Below, one piece after another: positions 58,501 to 64,000 of a stretch of 64,000 bases of DNA. The DNA comes from Emiliania huxleyi CCMP1516 (taxonomy: Eukaryota): positions 62,001-126,000 of the forward strand of contig NW_005201412.1 in NCBI RefSeq assembly GCF_000372725.1. Reading direction: 5' to 3'. The notes below the pieces were generated by a model that ran no database searches, was not told the DNA's origin, and saw only the letters and a list, made by a program, of their open reading frames with translations. Positions within the stretch are counted from its first letter, which is position 1. Every line of letters starts with the position of its first letter. The position numbers were made by a program, and so were the translations under genes.

Positions 58501-61500
58501 TCAGCTGCCCTTGCTATAAAGCAACGCAGCATCCAGCAAATGCAGACGCAGCAGCACCTGATGCGCCGACTCGATCCGCGGCGGCGGCTCCTCGGACTTC
58601 TCCTTGGCCTTGACCGGCGGCTTCTTCTCCTTGTCGTCGTCGTCGTCGCCCTCAAACGGCCACCACACGGGCTTGTTGAAGGTGGACTTTTTGAAGCAGG
58701 CGCGCGGAATCTGCCGCGCAAACTGGAGGAGCAGCAGGCTGAGGTCGTGCACGGTGCTCGCCGCCTTGACCTCCCGGGTCCAGCCCGCTAACCCCTCGGT
58801 CTGCTTGCGCGCGTTCGGGAGCGGCGTCGCGCAGTACAGGTCGAGCATCTCGTAGCGCAGCTCGTCGAGGCAGCTCTGCGGCTCCGCGCGGCAGTGGTTG
58901 GCGCGCTGATGCTTGATCAGGTACTGGCTTGCGAACGAGCGCCACTCGCTCGGCAGCCAATGCCGCACCTCGGCCTCCGCCTCGCCCTCGCCCGCCCCCT
59001 CCTCCCCCTCCTCCTCTCCACCCTCCTCCTCGCCGTCCTCCTCGCCGTTCGCACGAGCCAGCATGCCCGCCATGAGCGACGACATCCCGCCGCCGCCGCT
59101 CCCGCCGCCGCCGCTGCCATCGCCGCTCCCGCCGCCGGCGCCACCGCCGTCCTCATCGGCGCCGCCCTTTGCGCCCTCAGCGTCGGTGTCGGCGTTGGCG
59201 GGCCGCGCACCCTCCTCCCGCGCCTCTCCCGACTCGTCCCTGGCCGGAGCGGCGGCGGCGGCCTCTGCGGGCGCCGCTGCCTTGTCGTGCGCGGGCGCCA
59301 TCGCCGCCTCGAGGCGGGGCCGCAAGCTAATGAGCGCCCGCTGCAGGCGGTACTCCCTCCCCCCCCGCGGGCGGAGCGAGGCGACGAGCGCGTCAACCTC
59401 CTCGATCGACGTGATTGCCCACCAGCGCGCCGGCCCGACGTCCCTCCCGTCCGGGCCGCGCGGCTGCCGCTCCCGCACCAGCAGCCGGCGCAGGTCGGCG
59501 CCCGGCTGCTGCCCCTCGGCCGGCCCGCCCAGGATGAAGTACTCGCGCCGGCTCCGGTCGAGCCCGATCGGTTCCTGCCGCGTCCGGCCGACGCGGCCCG
59601 CCAGCACCGTGAAGTCGTCGTCCAGCTGCTTGCGCAGCTCGTCCTTTCGGATGCGCATCTGGTCGAGGTCGCCGCGCTTGACGTGGTTGGCGTCGTCGCG
59701 GCTCTCGTCTGCCGGCTTCTTCTTCTTCTTCTTCTTGCGCCGCCGCTCCGCCTCCCTCGCCGCCAGCTCCTCGGGGCTCAGCGGCGCGCCGCCGTTGGAA
59801 GCCGCGCGGCGCGGGGGCACGACCGACCCCTGCGTGTGGAAGACCCCGTCCGCGTCCATCCCCGTCCAGGGCGGGTCCTTGAGCTCCTCTGCGCCGAAGG
59901 ACGGGCCGCCGCCGCTCCCAAACGACGCCGGCCGAGAGCTCGCCTCCTGCGGCGGCGTCGACCCGATGTCGAGCGTCTCGCCGCCCACCGTGTCTGCGTC
60001 CGTGCCGTCGGTGACGCCCGAGGGGCCCGCAGACACCGGCGGCGGCGCCGCGGCTACGCCCGCCGCCGCCTTCCCCTCCGGCGAGTCTGTCGCGGAGAGT
60101 GGGGGCGCCGAGGACGCCGCGGCGCCACCCTGCGCCTCCACCTCCAGCGTCCTCTGCCCGCCTTGCCCGCTGTCGGCCATCTCCGGCTCCCACATCTCCA
60201 CGTCCGCCGAAGCCGCCGCCGACCCTGCCGCCGCGCCCCCAGCGGCGCGCGCCGTGCGGCCGAAGGCGCACACGCACGGGTTGCCAAAGAGGTCGATCCC
60301 GCTGTTGTTGCACGAGCGGCAGACGCCGCCCGCACCCGGCGGCGGCATCTCCTCGTCCCCCGGTGGCGAGGGCGGCGCGCTCGGCGCGCCCCCCCCCGCC
60401 ATCCCCTCCGCCCCGCTCCTTCTCCCACTCTCCTCCTCCTCCTCCTCCTCCTCGGGCGGCTCCCGCTGGAGGGGCACGTCGCCGACGGCGATGACCTCAG
60501 CCATAGTCGCCACTCCCTCCTCGCGGCTCCGCCGCGCCCCCTGCGCCCCCGCCGCCTCGCCCTCGCCCGGCGCGAGGGCGGCAACTGCGGCCGCCGCGGC
60601 CGCCGCGTCGACGTCGTCCTTGCTCTGCTCCGCCTCGGCCATCAGGGCCGCCGCGACCGACTCTTTGCTCGACGAGCCGCGGATCTTGGGGATGGACTCG
60701 CGCGCTCCGGCGCGGTCGTGCGAGAGGCGGAGCGGCCGGTCGATGTTGTACTTTGCGGCGAGCTTGGCCTGCTCCTCCGCCTCGATCTGCGCGTTGCGGT
60801 TCTTGTACTCGGTCCGCTTGAGGTCCTGCAGCTTGTCGTGCACCTTCGCCGTCGACTCGAAGAACTTTGAGCAGAGCGTCGTCTCGGAGAGGAGCTGCAC
60901 GATGCACTCGGTGACCAGGCAGCGCGCCTCCTGCGACAGGTGCGAGTACTCGACCACGCCCTCCAGCGAGGTCACCACCCCCGCCCACTCCGCCCCCGGC
61001 TCGCTCAGGTCGCCGAGCCCCATGACGTCGCCGTCCTCATCGTCGGCGCCCTCCTCGTCGTCGCCCGCGACCGCCCTCTGCGCCGCGCGCGTCGACGGGC
61101 CCGCGTTCCACACGGAGACGGTGTGGCCGCCCCCGAGGGCGGCCGCGGCGCCGTACGCGACCGACGCGGAGCCGTGCCCCGACGCGAGCATCGCGTTGAG
61201 CGCGACGGTGCGCTTCTTGGGCGCCTGCCCGACGGCGCGGGCGAGCAGCACCATCCGCAGCAGCTCGGGCCAGGTGAAGGGGCAGAGGGTGACGCCGCCG
61301 AGCAGGCGGCGCGACGCCTCGCCGACGCGCGCGCAAAAGTCGGGCCCCGCGCTGATCTTGTGCGGCTCGAGCAGGTCGACGAGCAGGAAGTGCGTCGAGA
61401 GGATGTGCATCGCGTGCAGCAGCGGCGTCGGCTCGTCGCCGGGCTGCAGCAGGTGGACCGCCTCCCACTCCGCCCATCCGGAGGCCTGGATGGTGGCGAG

Positions 61501-63966
61501 CATCTGGCGCGGCCCCGCCGACAGGTCCTCGACCTCATCCTTCCGCCGCTTCTTGCGGCCCGCGCCGGCCGCCGCGCCGCCGCCCGTGTGCTTGGCAGGG
61601 TCAAACGGGACCATCTCGGCCGGCGGCGGCGGCGGCGGCAGCCCGTCCTCGCCCTCCCTGCGCTTGGCCATGTTGGCGCGCACCTCGAGCACGGTGGCGG
61701 CGGGGACGATCGCGCGGAAGAAGTAGGTGGCGAAGTCGAAGGCGCAGAAGAGCGCGCAGTGCAGCTCCGCGGGCAGAGACGAGGCGAGCCGGTCGGGCAG
61801 CGCGATCGTCGCCGCGCCGCCGTCCTCGTCAGTCAGGAGCGAGTCGTCGACCAGGGTCGGCGCGCGCGAGACGGCCGTCGACAGCTGCCCGCAGAAGCGG
61901 CGGTGCCCGCCGAGCGCGCCCATCGACACAAAGGCGCGGTGGCACGAGTCGCAGAGAAAGTTGCCGTCGGCGTCGCGCAGAGGCGGCGCCGTGTGCCCCG
62001 CGCGGAAGCGAGCCGAGCACGCGGAGCAGAGCGTCTTTGGCCCGTTCGGGCCGGGGCCCTTGCCGGAGCACTCGGTGGCGAGCACCTCACACCAGCCGCA
62101 CCGCCACGTGCCCCCGTCGCAGAAGCGCTTGTGCCCGCCGAGCGCGCCGATGGTCTCGAACTGCCGCGAGCAGAGGTCGCACACAAACTTGCCCGCCTGG
62201 TTCACCTCGGGCGGGCCGGTGTGCCCGTTCTTGTGCCGGCTGCTGCACGCCGAGCAGAGCGTCTTGGGCCCGTCCGGCCCCGGCCCCTTGCCCGAGCACT
62301 CCGAGTGCTTGCACGCGCACCAGCCGCACCGCCACGTGCCCGCGTCGCAGAAGCGCTTGTGCCCGCCGAGCGCGCCGATCGAGTCAAACTGGCGCTGGCA
62401 GGCCTCGCAGACAAACTTGCCGCTCTCGCTGATCTCGGGCGGCCCCGTGCTGCCGTTCTTGTAGCGGCTGCTGCACGCCGAGCAGAGCGTCTTGGGCCCG
62501 TCCGGCCCCGGCCCCTTGCCCGAGCACTCCGAGTGCTTGCACGCGCACCAGCCGCACCGCCACGTGCCCGCGTCGCAGAAGCGCTTGTGCCCGCCGAGCG
62601 CGCCGATGGTGGAGAAGGCGCGCTTGCAGTCGCCGCAGAGGAACTGGCCATCCTCCGTTTTCTCCGGCATGCTGGTGTGGCCGGCGCGGAAGCGCGAGCC
62701 GCACGCGTTGCAGAGCGTCTTTGCGCCCGACGGGCCCATCGCCCTTGACGGCGTGTCGCTCTCTTTGCACTCGCACCACTCGCACCGCCAAGTGCCGCCC
62801 GAGCAGAAGCGCGTGTGGCCGGAGAGGGCCTATGCGGGGGTAGGGGCGGGTGAGTGAGGCGAGGCGGCGCGCGGAGGCGGCCGCGCGGAGAGGCGCGCCG
62901 CGCGCGAGTCGAACCGCTTGCCGCACTGCGGGCACGGGTAGACGGGCGTCACGCCGTCCTCGGCCATGACTGGCGCGACGGGCTCCTTCTTGGCCCGCTT
63001 GCGCGGCTCGCCGTCGGTGCGGCGCTGCCGCGGCTTCTTGGCGGGCGCGGCAGCGCCAACGACGGCGGAGCCCGCGCCCGCGCCTGCGAGGGCGCCGCCC
63101 CCACCAGCGGCGGCAGAGGCGGCGCAGCAGGCGTTGACGGCGTGACGGCCGTCCACCGCCGCCGGCGCGAGGAGGGCGTGATGCATCGCCCTCCCCGGCG
63201 GGAGGACGGTGCCCGCCATCTGCTGCACGACCGCCTGCACCTGCTGGTGCGCGGCAGGGCCCAAGCTCGGCGGCTGCGCCGCCTGCATCTGCTGCGCCAC
63301 CGCCCGCGCCGACACATCGGACGTGCGCTGCTGCTGCTGCTGCCGCTGCTGCTGCGCCAGCTGCTGCTGCGCCAGCTGCGTCATCTGCGGCGTCATCTGC
63401 GGTGACGGCAGGTGCGGCTGCGTGTTGGGCGCGCACGCCGACCGCGAGCCGTGCGCGAGCGGCGGGTAGGAGCCCGGCTGCTGGTAGTTTTGCACAGTCG
63501 CGTAGACCAGCGCCGGCCGTGCCGCCATGTGCAGCTGAGGCGGCGTCGCCATGTGCTGGTGCGCGAGCTGCGCGTAGTGCATGCCGTGCTGCGGCTGGCC
63601 GAGCGCCGGCTGCGACGAGAAGTCCATCGGCTGCAGGCCGCTCGTGAAGCAGGCTCCATGAGCGGAGGAGCAGCCGCCCGCCGCCGCGCAGAGCGCAGGA
63701 GGCTGGGCTGCCAGGGCCGTTCCGCCGGCCGGCGCGTGGGCGAAGTGGTGCTGCGGGTGCTGCTGCTGCGCCAGCTGCATCCGAGCCTCCGGGCTCAGGC
63801 CCTGCATCTGTGGCTGGGGGGGGAAACCGGCCTGCGCAGCGTGCATCATCATCGCCGGCGCCGGGCCGTGCTGGCCGGGGTGAGGCTGGAAGGCGTGGGA
63901 GCCGTAGAGCGCCGCCGCGCCGACCGACTCCTGCGCCTGCGCCTGATGCGGCTGCGCCGCGCTCAT
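58501..63966 (-). CDS. Chromatin protein: tandem C2HC + GATA-type zinc fingers followed by DDT/WHIM1-3 (ACF1/BAZ-like) motifs
   Basis: Q-rich N-terminus. Five CX2CX12HX3C fingers alternate with four CX2CX20CX2C (GP.GPKTLC.AC) fingers. TWPELLR, YSHLSQEAR, EPIGLDRSRREYF, WWAITSIEEVDALVASLRPRGGRE. Intron at ~62831-62908. Confidence 0.85.
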
Positions 63967-64000
63967 GCTGTAAGGGAGCGCTCAACCCACAAAGTAGATG

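Noticed and set aside
58894..62748. Very long plus-strand ORFs (658, 937 and 602 aa)
   Set aside because: Antisense shadows of the GC-rich minus-strand zinc-finger gene. The same applies to the ORFs opposite cysK, PLGG1 and SNAPC4.
1..64000. Prokaryotic operon or defence-system interpretation; tRNA/rRNA genes
   Set aside because: The genes are spliced and eukaryotic. No tRNA or rRNA sequence was recognised by eye.

Overview
GC-rich eukaryotic nuclear DNA with short introns, many GC- and possibly GA-donor introns, 10-11 bp intronic tandem repeats, microsatellites and one N gap (3552-4230). The style suggests a haptophyte such as Emiliania (Gephyrocapsa) huxleyi; this is inference only. Recognisable spliced genes: MOB1, a Methyltransf_16-type methyltransferase, a 2OG-Fe(II) oxygenase, a GT25 glycosyltransferase, a UIM/RanBP2-ZnF/PARP-like protein, an LrgB/PLGG1 transporter, cysteine synthase, a GNAT, formamidase AmiF, a coiled-coil protein, an EF-hand membrane protein, a SNAPC4-like Myb protein with a CXXC finger, a small Cys-rich membrane protein, and a GATA/C2HC-repeat DDT-WHIM protein. 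The first ~35 kb is rich in mobile DNA. It contains a tyrosine-recombinase element, a nested transposon complex with readable TSDs (two hAT-like, one Harbinger-like, one MULE-like, one retro micro-insert), a Penelope-like RT remnant, a TTAA/Kolobok-like element, an RNase H relic, CRE-like LINE 3' ends and a truncated FBH1-like helicase. The main unexplained structures are three: a ~400-bp leader module placed in front of two unrelated divergent ORFs (one with a PD-(D/E)xK-like motif), a dispersed family of short structured repeats, and introns whose ends duplicate the flanking exon sequence. All calls come from reading the sequence by eye, and exon boundaries are approximate.
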